Shown here piece by piece: positions 1 through 13,771 of a stretch of DNA of 64,000 nt. Source of the DNA: Octopus vulgaris. Taxonomy: Eukaryota. Location of the stretch: the NCBI GenBank assembly GCA_951406725.2, contig OX597830.1, forward strand, positions 9,672,001 through 9,736,000, given 5' to 3'. Below the pieces are notes generated by a model. That model did not search any database, had not been told where the DNA came from, and saw nothing but the letters and a program-made list of their open reading frames with translations. Each line of letters begins with the position of its first letter. Position 1 is the first letter of the stretch. The translations under genes were made by a program, and so were the position numbers.

Positions 1-45
1 TGTGTGTGTGTTTGTGTGTGTATGCATATATATATATATATACTT

Positions 46-79
<34 letters not shown>

Positions 80-81
80 GC

Positions 82-124
<43 letters not shown>

Positions 125-636
125 AAGATAGATAGATAAACCGAAAATCATGCGGATAAGTTTAGATAAATGCTTCTATATATAGATATACGGGTGTATA
201 TACATACTTACATATATACATATACATAGTATATATATATACACACACACATATATATATATATATGTGTGTGTGTGTAAACACACGCACACACATACGT
301 ATACATGTCGCATATAAATATGTAAATATTTAATGTTTTAGTGACTGACGCATACTTTCATATTTCTAAATATTTTTTTATGTTTATTTTATAAGTTGAT
401 ACCACAGATACAATACGATATACAGAACGACCTTGTCAGACACATAGTTTATTGTTAAGAAATACGCAATGTTTTAAAGAATAGCATGTGACGTTGTAAC
501 GAAATACTATAAATATTTATTTAATCATTGCAAACACCAATTTAGTAAACAATGCGAATTACTTACGGTAACATGACCAGCAATAACCATTGATTGGTCG
601 CCATTTTTGTTATTACTATTATTATTATATTTATTA

Positions 637-1040
637 TACTCTTTTATTCTTTACTCTTTTACTTGTTTCAATCATTTGACTGCGGCCATGCTGGAGCACC
701 ACCTTTAGTCGAGCAAATCGACCCCGGGACTTATTCTTTGTAAGCCCAGTACTTATTCTATCGGTCTCTTTTGCCGAACCCCTAAGTGACGGGGACGTAA
801 TCACACCAGCATCGGTTGTCAAGCAATGCTAGGGGGACAAACACAGACACACAAACACACATACATATATATATATATATACATATATTCGACAGGCTTC
901 TTTTCAGTTTCCGTCTACCAAATCCACTCACAAGTTTGGTCGGCCTGGGGCTATAGCAGAAGACACTTGCCTAAGATGCTACGCAGTGGGACTGAACCCG
1001 GAACCATGTGGCTGGTTAGCAAGCTACTTACCACACAGCC

Positions 1041-1044
<4 letters not shown>
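637..1044 (-). mobile_element. tRNA-derived SINE, family A (head + internal CA/TA microsatellite + CR1-like 3' tail)
   Basis: On the minus strand, A-box-like TGGCTGTGTGG and B-box-like GGTTCAGTCCC, then tail ...CCAGCATGGCCGCAGTCAAATGA(C/T)TGAAACAAGTAAAAGAG. About 20 full or partial copies occur in the window. Confidence 0.9.
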
Positions 1045-1104
<60 letters not shown>

Positions 1105-1125
1105 ATTCTTCTTCTTCTTCTTCTT

Positions 1126-1201
<76 letters not shown>

Positions 1202-1203
<2 letters not shown>

Positions 1204-1992
1204 TTTTTTTTTTTATAGCGTGCTTTCACTTCACTACCGAGCGCAGCTCTGTGTGCCTTGGGTATGTGCTGTGATTTGTTGTGATGCTCTGATGGTTATT
1301 GTATGGAAAGTGTTCTGCGTAGGATGTGTGCAGTGCCTAGTAGTGCAATTTTCTGTATGTTATATGTGTTTGTAAGTCCTGGTGTTTTTGTTATGTATTT
1401 GTCTGAATATTTTTTTATCATGCCTAATGCACCTACTATGATAGGAATTGTTTCTGTTTTCAGATTCCACATTCTAGTTATCTCTATTTCCAGGTCTTTG
1501 TATTTTGAGAGTTTCTCCATTTCTTTTAGAGACACGTTGTCATCTGCCGGTATTGATACATCAATTAGAAAGCATTTTTTTCTTCACGATCTCTGACAAC
1601 TATATCTGGTCTGTTGGCCTTAATTTCTCTATCTGTGTGTATCGGCATATCCCAGAGTATGGTTGCTTTCTCGTTTTCTGTGACCTTTTCTGGTGTGTGC
1701 CTAAACCATCTTTTTTCTGTTGTTATTCCATAATGTTGGCATAGCTTCCAATGTATGTAAGTTCCAACTCTGTCATGTCTGTGAATATATTCCTTCTTAG
1801 CCAGGACTGGGCAGCTAGAGATAATATGATTTATTGTTTCTTGTCCATCTCCACATATTCTGCAGTTACTTGTAATATTTCTTTTCATTACATGTTTTTG
1901 GTAATTTCTGGTGGGGAGGCTTTGGTCTTGTGCTGCAATTAAAAATCCCTCTGTTTCTGCTTTGAGTCCTGAGCTTCTCAACCATTGCTGGG
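1202..1992 (-). mobile_element. 5'-truncated R4/Dong-like RLE non-LTR retrotransposon
   Basis: ORFs 1565-1981 and 1296-1535, joined by a frameshift, give CRIC..ETINHIISSC (CCHC knuckle), RHD, NRPDIVV and KLSKYKDL...IPIIVGALG (restriction-like endonuclease). A-tail present; (ATT)n on both flanks. Confidence 0.85.
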
Positions 1993-2069
<77 letters not shown>

Positions 2070-2689
2070 TTTTATTAGAAGTAGTAGTAGTAGTAGTACT
2101 AGTAAATGCTTAGTCTTTGTCTTCTGAATTCAAATTCCGTCAAGCTCCACTTGGCCTTTCATCTTTTGAGGGTTGATAAAATAAGTACAATTTGAGTACG
2201 GATGTCGGTGTATAGGCCCTATGCCAATAGTAGAAAAGATTGTAGTTATAAGTGACTTTGGAGTCCAGATATATGAAGCCCAATATATGCATCATGGCTA
2301 ACTGTCTGATAAGGGTACACCAGGCACATGCATCACAGCCATATGTGCGCGACATGGGGATCTCGCATCAAGATCAACAAAACATGACTTTGTAGGTGGG
2401 GCCTGGTTAGAATTTCCTTTAGGTCGAGTAGCCCATCCCGCTCAAAAGGTTCATGAATTAGGCTTGTTTAAGGATGTTGAATGAAACACCCATGTTTCCA
2501 GAAGTGAATAATTCAAACCGCAAAGCATTACACTCGACACATTGCTAAGATGCACCCCCACTATTTCTGCTCGTGATCAGAGATGCGCATATCGTCAAGT
2601 CACTAAGAGACATGCTCAACTGGTTGACTTTGCTTTCATCCTTTCGGAATCGATAAAATAAGTATCAGATACGTTCTGAGTTCAAGTTT

Positions 2690-3678
2690 TACCGAGATTA
2701 GCAAAGATAGTCAAACCGTCACGCATAATTTTAGCAAACACAATATAATAGATGACAGAATTCCTTTAGTGCTTAACTGGCACCAAAATTTCGCTGGCAT
2801 TTCAAAAGTGTTGTATGAAAGTGACCAGCATGTGGCGAAAAATTATCCTCGCTTCAAACAGATATTTCCTCAGTCGCCTATTGTAGCCTTTTGACCGAAT
2901 AAGAATATAATAGAATTATTGACCTCTATTTCTGACTCCAAGAAAACGAACACTGAAGTATTTGCACGCTGTGCCTTGAAAAACAGCCGCAAGAGAGGTA
3001 AGCCCTGTTCATTGTGCAACAACATGAGTCAAGTGAATTCCACCAGGAATCATAACAGAAATGTTATGATTTATACAGAAGGGACATGTAGAGATTCCCA
3101 TTTGGTGTATACAGCAGAATGCACGAAAAACAACTTGATTTATGTTGGTTGTACAACAGAACAATTAAACAAAAGGTTTAATGGGCACAGATTCGACGTC
3201 AGGCACAATAAAAGTAGTTCGACAGAACTTGCAGAACATTTCGTTTCAAACGGCTGCAATTTTGAAAAAGACTAGAAAGTGCATATTCTCAGAAGATATT
3301 CTGAATCTGCTCCACTTTCACTTCTCAGAATGCATGAGGAGAAATATGTTTGCGGGTTATTAACATCACGCCCTGGAGGAATGAATAAGATGACAGGAGA
3401 ACATCATCAAATTTATACAAAACTGTTTGATTACATGTTCTTCTTTTTCTCTCTTTTCTTTCTTCATTTTTACTGTCTTTTTTCTGTCTTTTTCTTTTCG
3501 TCTGTTATAAAATTGAATCTTAAAAAAATGCTGGTTGCTCTCGTTAATACTTTACATTTAAATTTCTATAATTTTGAATTTTTATCACTTCTTATTTTGA
3601 ACTCGACAGACTTACTGTTGAAATATCGTTTAACCAATAAAATATCTATTACAATCGAATCGTGGTTTTCATCTTGAC
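2690..3678 (+). mobile_element. Penelope-like element 3' remnant (GIY-YIG endonuclease pseudogene)
   Basis: ORF 2919-3275 contains LVYTAECTKNNLIYVGCTTEQLNKRFNGHR...ELAEHF (GIY-YIG pattern). RIPLVLNWH lies upstream and GGMN downstream. In-frame stops, AATAAA near 3636 and an (ATT)n tail follow. Confidence 0.8.
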
Positions 3679-3732
<54 letters not shown>

Positions 3733-3733
<1 letters not shown>

Positions 3734-4245
3734 TAGTTTTAATCTGCATGTCAGTTACAATCACTTGCCGAGACACACCCAGCTTCCTAGCGCGAGTGAA
3801 CGATAAGAGATTTTACAGTATGTCTCAAAGCTTGTGGAGGTGAAGTGACATATAATACAGCACAAACGTTTAAATTGATGGGTTTTTCTAACGATGTGGG
3901 CAGTACTTGTCAGCACAATCTTTTGGATTTCTTTGAGACATGGTTCTCCTGGGATATTATCTAGATATCTCTGACATCCCTTTCTTATCATCTCTAGGGT
4001 ACCCACAATAACAGGAACGACTCCCCCTTTAAGATGCCACATCTTTTGTATTTCAAATTCTAGGTCCTTATAATTACTTAATTTGTCAAATTCATTTACA
4101 GATATATTTTATGAGTAGGGATCACTTACATCTATTAGTTTACAAATATTTTCTTCCTCGTCTTTAATGACTATGTCTGGTCGATTAGCCTGGATCGTTC
4201 TTTGAGTGTTTACTGGAAAATCCCAGAGGAGAGTGACATTTTAAA
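3733..4245 (-). mobile_element. R4/Dong-like RLE retrotransposon 3' fragment (second subfamily)
   Basis: ORF 3761-4042 MWHLK..VVPVIVGTL..IQKIVLTSTAHIVRK, with an IQANRPDIVIKD-like segment upstream. (ATT)n on both sides. Confidence 0.75.
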
Positions 4246-4255
4246 CTTATTATTA

Positions 4256-4325
<70 letters not shown>

Positions 4326-4367
4326 CATCATTATTATTATTATTTTATTATTATCATTATTATTATT

Positions 4368-4532
4368 CTATGTTTGACTTTTGCTTTATATTTGTACAAG
4401 TTGGCTCCAAGTCTCACCCAGAGACCTCAAGAGACAACAGGGTTGGAAGTTCATGTTGTTGTTATGCCTAGTGTGCCATATATTTGGGGGGTGGGGATGT
4501 TGTACTAATGAATGTCTAAAAAGAAAAAAAAA

Positions 4533-4565
<33 letters not shown>

Positions 4566-4860
4566 CGAAAATTATGTTTGTTTTAAACCTTGAGATTACA
4601 TAGAGAGTATTTTGCGTAGGATATGAGCAGTTCCCATGAGCACTATCTTTTGAACTTCTGCCATTTTGGGGTTTCCTGGTATCTGAGTTAGGTAGCTATC
4701 AGCCCCTTTTGCTATCATTCCCAGGGCACCTATGACAACAGGTATTGTTTTAGTCTTCAGCTTCCACATTTTGCTGATTTCTATTTCAAGATCTTTATAT
4801 TTGCTCAGTTTTTGGTAGGTCTTGACAGATACGTTTATATCGATTGGGACAGTCATATCA
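4368..4860 (-). mobile_element. R4/Dong-like RLE retrotransposon 3' fragment (third subfamily)
   Basis: ORF 4596-4856 KLSKYKDLEIEISKMW..IPVVIGALG..GTAHILRK is homologous to 1296-1535. (ATT)n on both sides. Confidence 0.8.
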
Positions 4861-4861
4861 A

Positions 4862-4897
<36 letters not shown>

Positions 4898-4979
4898 CAT
4901 CATTATTATTATTATTTTATTATTATCATTATACTCTCCCCCAAAATTCCTGGCCTTGTGCCAAAATTTGAAATCATTT

Positions 4980-5067
4980 ACTACTACTACTACTCGTGCT
5001 ACTACTACTACTTGTGCTGCTACTACTACTACTTGTGCTGCTACTACTACTACTACTGCTGATGATG

Positions 5068-5101
<34 letters not shown>

Positions 5102-5211
5102 CAGTAGTAGTAGCAGTAGTAGTAGTAGTAGTAGTAGTAGTAGCAGTAGTAGTAGCAGTAGTAGTAGTAGTAGTAGCAGTAGTAGTAGTAGTAGCAGTAG
5201 TAGTAGTAGTA
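4980..5211. repeat. (CTA)n / (GTA)n trinucleotide microsatellites in opposite orientation
   Basis: Read directly from the sequence. Confidence 0.95.
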
Positions 5212-5335
5212 GGCGATGGATTGGCAGAATCGTTTGAGCGATTATCTTGTGGTATTTGTTCCACCCCTTTACGTCCTTAGTTCAAATCCCGCTGAGGTCA
5301 TCTTTGCCTTTCATCTCTCACGAAGTCAATCTAAT

Positions 5336-5387
<52 letters not shown>

Positions 5388-5541
5388 GCTTTTTATTTGT
5401 CATCAGAGCAGCGATGAAAGAAGAAAAAGGAAGAGGTGAAGTTGATGATGATGAGGAGGTGAGGGCGGAGGAGGAGGTAGATCAGAAGGATATGGATGGG
5501 GAGGAGGGGTAGAATGGCCAATACCATGCTGTCCCACTTAC

Positions 5542-5635
5542 CTTACTATAGAGTTTGCTCGGCATCTGCGTGGCGTTTGGCTTTGATGAACGTGGTAGGT
5601 CGATCTTCAGTTTCAAGAACGGAATCAACCATGCA
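5542..5635 (-). CDS. Candidate 94-nt internal exon of an unidentified host gene
   Basis: Minus strand: polypyrimidine acceptor TCTTCTATTTCGTTTTCTTTTAG and donor AAG|GTAAGT. One open frame, AWLIPFLKLKIDLPRSSKPNATQMPSKLYSK. A unique-sequence island between repeats; the protein is not recognised. Confidence 0.45.
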
Positions 5636-5659
5636 CTAAAAGAAAACGAAATAGAAGAC

Positions 5660-5720
<61 letters not shown>

Positions 5721-5762
5721 TGCAAATATATCTATATGCACACACACACATATATATATGTT

Positions 5763-5847
<85 letters not shown>

Positions 5848-6477
5848 GTATACGCACACATATACATAGTTACATATACATATGTGTATATATATTTGAA
5901 CTTTTACTCCGTATACTGTAATTATCCGGCATCAAAGGAAACGCAGAAATACCTACTGCAAACATGAAAGGGTTAAAACGTCCAGTGGGATAGATTCGAT
6001 GAAATGGGATAATTAACTGAAAACATGAGATGGAAGCAGCAACAGTCGTAGCCATCCCGGAAGTGAGCTAGAGCACCATTTTGATAAACCGGAATTTAAA
6101 ACAGATTACGTAAAATACATAACATAATAATTATAAATGTAGAAAGAAAAAGAAAAAAAAACTTCAAATGAATTTAGGATTGCATCACCAGCCCTCCATT
6201 GGTGTGGATATCCCTTGACAGAATGGGGGTAACATATGCCCCCGAACTGTTGTGCTTTTGAAAGTGGGTAGAAGGTTACACAAGAGACTTCAGGTAGGTG
6301 CACATGTACTGAATGGCTTGCTGGGAAAAGATGCCCTTATTGCACTGAACTTTGCCGCTTAGTTGGTGATAAAAGAAAACCCGGAGAGAGAGAAAGAGAA
6401 AGAGAAAGAGAGAGAGAGAGTGAGAGAGAGAGAAATAGAGAGGGGAGAGATGGAGAGAATGTGAGGGAGATAGGGGT

Positions 6478-6790
6478 GAACTGGCATTCCGTCGGTTACG
6501 ACGATGAGCGTTCTAGTTGATCCGATCAACGAAACAACCTGTTCGTGAAATTAACGTGCAAGTGGCTGAGCACTCCGCAGACAGACATATGTATCACAAA
6601 CGTAGTTCTTTGGGAGATGCAGCGTCACACGGAATGTGATGAGGCTGGTCCTTTGAAGCACAGGCACTGCTCGTGTTTGCCAGACCAAGAGGACTGGAGC
6701 AACGTGAAATAAAGCGTCTTACTGAAGGACACGTGCAGCCAGGAATCGAACTCTTGAACTTACGATCATGAGCTAAATACTCCTAACCAA
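6478..6790 (-). mobile_element. tRNA-derived SINE, family C
   Basis: Homologous to 7920-8237 and 19378-19695. B-box GAGTTCGATTCC on the minus strand, followed by a GTGTCCTT..AAGAC CORE-like motif. Confidence 0.75.
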
Positions 6791-6998
6791 GTAACAAAAG
6801 TATAATTTGATGGTGGTATTGCTTGAGATTGTTGAAGAGATTGTAAACGCTGGTGAAATTTCCAGAAATTCAAACTCATTTATTTCAGTTTCACAAAATA
6901 TCAGATATCCATGCTTAGCGGGTAGTTTCGGGTTGTTGTCAGCAATCTGCTCGTTCAGAAAATGAGTGGTAAGTTTTTAATTCTTTGAAAATAATTTT

Positions 6999-7760
6999 CT
7001 CGAAAGCCATACCTCTGTCTTCTCGACATTGATTTTCATTCCTGCTTTACAGTACTTACCACGGAACCTATTTGCTGCCCGCTGAATATCACTTTCTGTC
7101 GAGTACCATGTCCGCACAGGCGGAAGAAGCCTGTTCAGGGTGCTTTGAATACCAGTGAAGCCACTCCAGAGTAGGTAGAGAATTTCAAATACCTCAAGGC
7201 CTTTTTCTTGAGAGATGGAATGCAGGTGGGTGAATTTAATGAAATAATTTTAAACGCTTCTGCTTTTCCAGGAGCAATAATGCCCCGGTTTCAGAACTCG
7301 GCCATCAAAAGAGGAAAGGGAGAAGAGGAAAAGCTAAAATTGCAATCTTCAAATTAGTTTCCATGCTTATTTATCTATAGTCATAAATCTTGGATAGTGA
7401 CTGAAAAAGTATAATCGCGAATCCCAGCAGCCGAAATGGGATTCTTCCGAAGAGTCGTTGGAGCAACGTAACTCGATGGGGTCTATAACTTGGAAATCAT
7501 TCTAGATTGAGTTACTAATTCTTAAGATTAACAGGTCACAGCTCTGGTACTAGAAGAATGTGGTGAGAATATTTGAGAAAAGAATCGCAGAAGAGATCTT
7601 CATGACAAGACCATCCAGCCGGCGACTTAGAGGTAAACGACGAGCGAGATGACTGGATAACATCCGTACCTTTGGTTGATGTCTTTTAGACGAGCTACGA
7701 TGAAACCCGAGCGACGCAGTTTGAAGAATCCATAACCACGAGTGGTCTCGTTTAGGTGAT
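6999..7760 (+). mobile_element. Degenerate RTE-like LINE fragment with an inverted 5' piece
   Basis: Plus strand: VENFKYL..RDG, YSHKSWIVTEKV.SRIPAAEMGFFRRV and RPSSRRLRG. Minus strand ~6999-7120: SDIQRAANRF..AGMKINVEKTEV. Confidence 0.6.
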
Positions 7761-7919
7761 CTATATTGTATATATGTTCGTGGTCTGGGATTACGCATAA
7801 GCAGGTTAACCTCTTCAGTGATCTCGGTTCAGACAACAATATATTTTTCGAGTCTTTCTTAGAAAAACCTTCTCTAGAGGAGTTATGGAAACGGCGAGAC
7901 CCATTTAGGATGGCGAAAA

Positions 7920-8237
7920 AACTACCAGTCTGTCGGTTATGATGAGGTTCCAGTTGATCCTATCAACGGAACTGCTTATGAAATTAACGTGCAAGTGGCT
8001 GAGCACTCCGTAGACACTCTTATCCACAATGTAATTATCAGGGATATTTAGCATGACACAAAATATGACAAGGCTGGCCCTTTAGAATACAGGTATTACT
8101 CATTTTTGCCATTTGAGTGACCTGGAAAAAACGTGAAATAAAGTTTCTTGCTGGAGGACACAACGAGCCGCCGGAAATCGAACGCACGACCTTACGATCA
8201 TGAACCGAATACCCTAACCACTAAGCCACGCGCTTTC
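7920..8237 (-). mobile_element. tRNA-derived SINE, family C
   Basis: Minus-strand head GCGCGTGGCTTAGTGGTTAGGG...CGTTCGATTTCC; body matches 6478-6790. Confidence 0.8.
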
Positions 8238-8816
8238 ACAAATGGTTAAAATACGTAAGCACAAACACACACATACACACAGATATACACATATATAAAA
8301 AGAAGTCTATTTATGTTACCCGTTATATGTGTGTATGTATGTGTATGTGTGTGTGCATGTGTGTGCATGTGTGTATGAGCGTGGTTTTGCCTGCGCGCGC
8401 GTGTATGAGCGTGTGCGCGTGGTTAAGGGTCCTATATGGCACGCATGCGTACTCATGCAAAAGAATGCATAGAAGCTATTGAAAGTAGTATAAGATGTCT
8501 TCATTACTTAAGGTTAGGACTTCCTAAAATCTATCAAAACGGCATGAATGTCACCACAGCTTCACAGTCCACACAAAGCAATTAAACAAACTCATAATCT
8601 ACTGCAAATTGGTTATAATTAACCATAATCAATTATTAATACTTTGTTAATATATGAAGTATTTTAGACGACATAAAACTAGTGAAAGATATGTTAAGCA
8701 TTTAAATATGATTAAAATCACTCTGTAACCTCGTTTCTTTTCTATATTTACGTTCTCATTAAATTCTATACGATGTCAGTTTTCAAGATTCTTCGTGAAG
8801 TCTCATTCCCCTCCCA

Positions 8817-8847
<31 letters not shown>

Positions 8848-9818
8848 TTTTCTTTTCCTTTCTTCATTCTTTCTATCTTTCTCTCGCAGATTCTCATCTT
8901 TCTCGAACCATCACCCAACCTCTTTCTGGTTGTACAACCAGAGTTTTAATTCCTTTCAAAATATAGCATGGACGTAAATGATACAGTATTCTTTCTAACA
9001 ATACAAATATTTATAACTACAAGCAAAACACTCACACCCACCCACCCCCACACACACACGCACGCACACATGTACTCAAAATCACATCTCCGATTCAGTA
9101 AATACGGGTTTGTTGCAATTTTCTAAAGTCCATTACCAGCCATGGTGGAAATATGTGGTCTAAATTCTTAAGACGTTACACTTACGATCTGAGTTCAAAT
9201 GCCACCAAGGTCGATTTTGCCTTTCCTTTTCGGGGCCGATAAAATAAGTTCGAGCTGGTCACTGGGGTCGATATTATCGACCAGCTCTCCACCACCCCAC
9301 CCCCACACGCGCGCAAATTTCAGGCCTTCTGCCTATAGTAAAAAGGATTATTTCGTTACAGTAACATGGTCTGGGAATGCAAGAACACTTAAATCTGATT
9401 ACAATTTGTTCAATAATTAACATCGTTCATTAATTCGGTTCAGGTATTTCTTTGTTTAACACGTCAGTTGTCACTCTTTAACCTCCTCATGCAAAAACGC
9501 AATGTGACACTTGGTGTTGGTTCTTATAACATTGATGCCGTTAAATTGTTCTTTAACTGCATCAGAAATATTCATTGAAATTGGTTATTATGCTTGGCAT
9601 AATCTTTAAGATATTTAAATTCCACCAGAACATGCTTCACCGAAGCATGACGACGAACAGGTGTGTCTCTCCAGTAACGCCAGGTAACAAATAATGGCCG
9701 TTATTGAAAGCAGGACGCACACAGCTCTCAGGAAAGATCACAACTTAGCTGGCTTCATTTTCATGTGAACCAAGTTCGGTTCCTTTGCTTAATATGAGCG
9801 TAATATTCTTACCTCCAA

Positions 9819-10219
9819 GGCAGCGAGCTGGCAGAACCGTTAGCACGCTGGGCGAAATGCTTCGCGGTATTTCGCCAGTCGCTCAGTTCTGAGTTCAAAA
9901 CCCGCCGAGGTCGACTTTGCTTTTCATTCTTTCGGGGTCGATTAAATAAGTACCAGTTACGCACTGAGGTCGATATAATCGACTTAATCCGTTTGTCTGT
10001 CCTTGTTTGTCCTCTCTGTTTTTAGTCCCTTGTGGGTAGCAAAGAAATAGATATTTCGCCCGTCGCACTGTTCTGAGTTCAAAACCCGCCGAGGTCGACT
10101 TTGCTTTTCATTCTTTCAAAGTCAATGAATTAAGTACCAGTTGCGTACTGGGGTCGATCGAATCGACTGCCCCCTTCCCCAAACATTTCAGGCCTTGTGC
10201 TTAGTGTAGAAAAGAATAT
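9819..10219 (+). mobile_element. tRNA-derived SINE, family B (internally duplicated central domain)
   Basis: Head GAGCTGGCAGAA...GAGTTCAAA. The domain GAGGTCGACTTTGC(C/T)TTTCAT(C/T)CTTTCGGGGTCGATTAAATAAGTACC occurs twice. Other copies lie near 2110, 2622, 5212, 9140, 30645, 51240, 62335 and 63560. Confidence 0.8.
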
Positions 10220-10543
10220 TCCTACCTCGTTTGTGTTACGTTACACTCTCCGTATCTTAAATATGACAGATCTTGGTGGTCAGAATATGTCAAAGATTTT
10301 TTTTTTGTTATTTTGGAGAGATTTCCTATGCTCTGTGTATGCTTCAGTCCTGTCCGTTCATACTTCGCTGTGCCTATCACTTCTATTATTTCAGAGTGGT
10401 CTATGTAAACTCATCAGAGGTACTTGGGGTCTAAAAGCGCCTTGTCGTCGGGTCTATACGCAGCCTCATATCAGAGCGAAATTTCGCTATTTGGTATTTT
10501 ATACTCATATATTAAACAGTAGCAAGTGTTCTGTAAGACGCAC

Positions 10544-10629
<86 letters not shown>

Positions 10630-10857
10630 ACACCCACACCCACACCCCCCCCCCCCCACACACACACACACACACAAACAGGCACTGCGTGTATGAATGA
10701 TGAAAAAATATATGCATATACATGTGTATGTACATTATCGTATATATATATATAAATATATATGTATTTATATGTGTGTATGCATATATATATATGTACA
10801 TAACTATATATATACTTACATACATGCATATATATATATACATATACACATATAGAC

Positions 10858-10892
<35 letters not shown>

Positions 10893-11336
10893 CATATATG
10901 TATGTGTATATATAGACATATTCATATATAATATTTGTGTTCCTGTGTATAATATTTCCACATTATTTAGACAACGTATGATATGTGTGTGCGAAGGATT
11001 CTTCTGTTACAAGTGTTTATGAATTATTCACACTCACTGACATATCTTTCGCCTCCAGACTTACACCCTCTCGGGCCTATAATATTTCTTTGTCACATAT
11101 GCATTGTAAATAAAACGGCCACCCGGAGCCCACCTCCAGTCCATCATCTAACAATTTCGCCTATCGAAATCATATATCATCTAGTATTCTGCTCTATCGA
11201 AATCAAACATACGCATATATTAGAGAGAAAAAGAGAGGGGGAGAGGGAGAGGGGAAGAAGGCGTAAAGCAGAGGGATTTCTTAGGATATATGTTTAAATA
11301 TTTTTCTTTTCAATAATGATTCGGTATGTGTGAATG

Positions 11337-11787
<451 letters not shown>

Positions 11788-11812
11788 CTCTCTCTCTTTC
11801 TTTCTCTTTCTA

Positions 11813-11862
<50 letters not shown>

Positions 11863-11864
11863 CA

Positions 11865-12297
11865 CTCTTTTGCTCTTTTACACGATTCATGCTGGAGCAC
11901 CGCTTTTAGTCGAAGAAATCGATCGCAGGACTTATTGTTTGTAAGCCTAGTACTTATTTTATTGGTCTCTTTCGCCGAACCGCAAGATTTCGGTGGCATA
12001 AACACGCCAACATCGGTTTTCAAGCAATGGCGTGGGGTGGGGGCAAACGCAGGCACAAATACATATACACATAAAGACAAACACACACACACACGCGCGC
12101 ACACACACACAGACATATATATATATACATTCATACATGGCGGGCTTCTTTCAGTTCCCGTTTACCAAATCTATTCATAAGGCTTTGGTCAGCCTGAGGC
12201 TATAGTAGAAGACACTTGTAGAAGATACCACGTAGTGGGACTGAACCCGGAACTATGTGGTTAGGAAGCAAGTTTCTTACATCCACGCTTGCGGCCA
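11865..12297 (-). mobile_element. SINE family A, diverged copy
   Basis: Colinear with 637-1044 but with many substitutions. Confidence 0.8.
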
Positions 12298-12649
12298 TGT
12301 ATATATACATTTATATATATATATATATATAAACCTATATACAAACTATATATGTCCTCGTGTGCGTGTATGTGTGTTTGCGTAAGAGTAAGTATGTGTA
12401 TGTAGAAGTGCACGAACAACGACAGATAGATACTGACATAAACTCACACGCACACATATATATGAATGTATGTATACACTGATACGTGTATTATATCTAT
12501 TTATAAGTATTTGACTGTATATATATATGTGTGTGTGTGTGTGTGTGCATGCATGTATGTATGTGTGTATGTAGGTATATATGTATATATATATACATAT
12601 ACACACACGTATATCTATCTATATATATGTATGTATGTATAACACACAT

Positions 12650-12680
<31 letters not shown>

Positions 12681-13344
12681 CACACATATATATATATATA
12701 TATATACATATGTATATATATACACACACATATATATATATATATACATATGTATATATATATACAAGCGTAGTTAGTTAAAAGGATAGCTAAATGTATA
12801 TTTTATGAATTACATAATAGCACCATGTATATATATGTATAATATATATATGCATATATATGTATACCCATACACATACACATACACACACATACACTCA
12901 TACACACACACGACATATATATGTATACATAAATATACACATATGTGTGTGTTATGGGGTAATATTAAAAAGGGTGAGCGTGAAATGCAACTCCTTGTAT
13001 TTCAAATCAACCCTGTGGCATTTCAGTACAAATTACTCCTATTGGCTCTCTTTAAGCGTTCTCCCACTGTTCAGACAATCAAACATGTGACACCTACATC
13101 GAGCCATGACAAGGGGAACAACCCTCCCTCTCAAAACAGATCCACGTGACTGTTCTAAGAATTGTCCAACATATATCTCGAAGTGACCTCAATTTTTATC
13201 AATTATAATAATGCTAACTTTTCCCCCCTCCTACACACTAGAAAATTAGAAAATAAATGATTTTAATAAGGAAATGGTTTCTTAACCATACTATTTTGTG
13301 CAATTCATACGCAAAACTACCATGCATGTTTGTATGTATCTATG

Positions 13345-13565
13345 ACATTCAGTTTTATTTCAAGATTTCTTGACTATGGAGAAAGGGCCGGTTTCTAACC
13401 TTGATCCAAGGCTCCTTTATTGGAATCTCAAAAAACATCATCTGGGTATTTTTGTATGTATGTATGTATGTATGTATGTATGTATGTATGTATGTATGTA
13501 TGTATGTATGTATGCATGTGTGTATGTATGTATGTATGCATATATATATATATATATATGTATGC

Positions 13566-13639
<74 letters not shown>

Positions 13640-13757
13640 TGTATGCCATTCAGTTTTATTTCAAGATTTCTTGACTATAAACAAAGGGCCACAGTTTCTA
13701 ACCTAGATCACATGCTCCTTCATTGGAATCTCAAAATCGTCAACAGGGTATTTTTTA
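13345..13757 (+). repeat. Two direct copies of a ~105-bp unit separated by (TATG)n/(TA)n
   Basis: CATTCAGTTTTATTTCAAGATTTCTTGACTAT...GGAATCTCAAAA...GGGTATTTTT at ~13346 and ~13647. Confidence 0.75.
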
Positions 13758-13771
13758 TGTATGTATGTATG

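Noticed and set aside
10370-10430. Minus-strand CTGATGA...GAAA
   Set aside because: Helix II is out of register and there is no valid NUH/helix III.
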